Shown here piece after piece: positions 63,600 to 64,000 of a DNA stretch of 64,000 bases. The stretch is taken from positions 104,224,001 to 104,288,000 of the forward strand of contig NW_024704743.1 of assembly GCF_018977255.1 (NCBI RefSeq). Direction: 5' to 3'. Position numbers and translations under genes: made by a program. The stretch's first letter is position 1; each line of letters begins with the position of its first letter. Below the pieces are notes generated by a model that saw only the letters and a program-made list of their open reading frames with translations, did not search any database and was not told where the DNA came from. This DNA comes from Callorhinchus milii (taxonomy: Eukaryota).

Positions 63600-64000
63600 A
63601 GCATAATAATAATATTTGATATAACTACTTATTACATCGTCAAACTACATCAAAGAATTTACTGTAAAATGTACATAGCAACGAATTTGTGCAAATCAAT
63701 GTCCCGCAAATCGAGAATAGTGAATTTTGTCTGGTCGATTATTGGCTGGGGCACCAGGATTCACTCTTCTCTTTTCAAATAGTGCATGGGATCTTTAATG
63801 TCTATCTGCATTGTGAAATGGGACTTCTCTTTAATATCTCATTTGAAGGATGGGACCACTAACAGTGCAACACCACTACCCCACCCCAACACTGTATTGG
63901 AGTATCAGCCTAGACATTAAGTTCCGAGTGTTGAAGTTGGCTTTGAACCCACATGCCTCCTGAATCATGGCTTTGAACCCACAGCCTCCTGAATCAGAGG
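63600..64000 (-). mobile_element. Deu-domain SINE with a ~30-bp duplication in the head
   Basis: aaatagtgcatgggatcttta..tctcatttgaaggatgggacc..acagtgca; tggctttgaacccac..cctcctgaatca x2. Confidence 0.7.

Overview
This is vertebrate genomic DNA. The repeat content points to a cartilaginous fish, most likely the chimaera/elephant-shark lineage (inference). I found no recognisable host protein-coding gene, so the window looks like a large intron or gene desert. It is dominated by retroposons: many CR1 LINEs (one 5'-truncated but nearly intact ORF2 at 28873-31460), many L2 LINE 3' fragments, about 20 copies of a tRNA-Ala-headed SINE carrying an L2-type 3' stem-loop, Deu-domain SINEs and AmnSINE2-like elements. 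Rarer items are two R4/Dong-type (restriction-like endonuclease) retrotransposon fossils, a Penelope-like inverted terminus with a degenerate hammerhead-ribozyme core, and a PIF/Harbinger transposase fossil missed by the ORF track. The most notable observations are a young SINE split by an antisense composite insert (old SINE + unique DNA + young SINE), which suggests SINE-driven 5' transduction, and SINE 3' stem-loops that track the young L2 stem-loop. There are also several hairpins and TF-motif clusters. All calls were made by eye. Repeat boundaries are approximate, and family names come from recalled consensus features rather than database searches.
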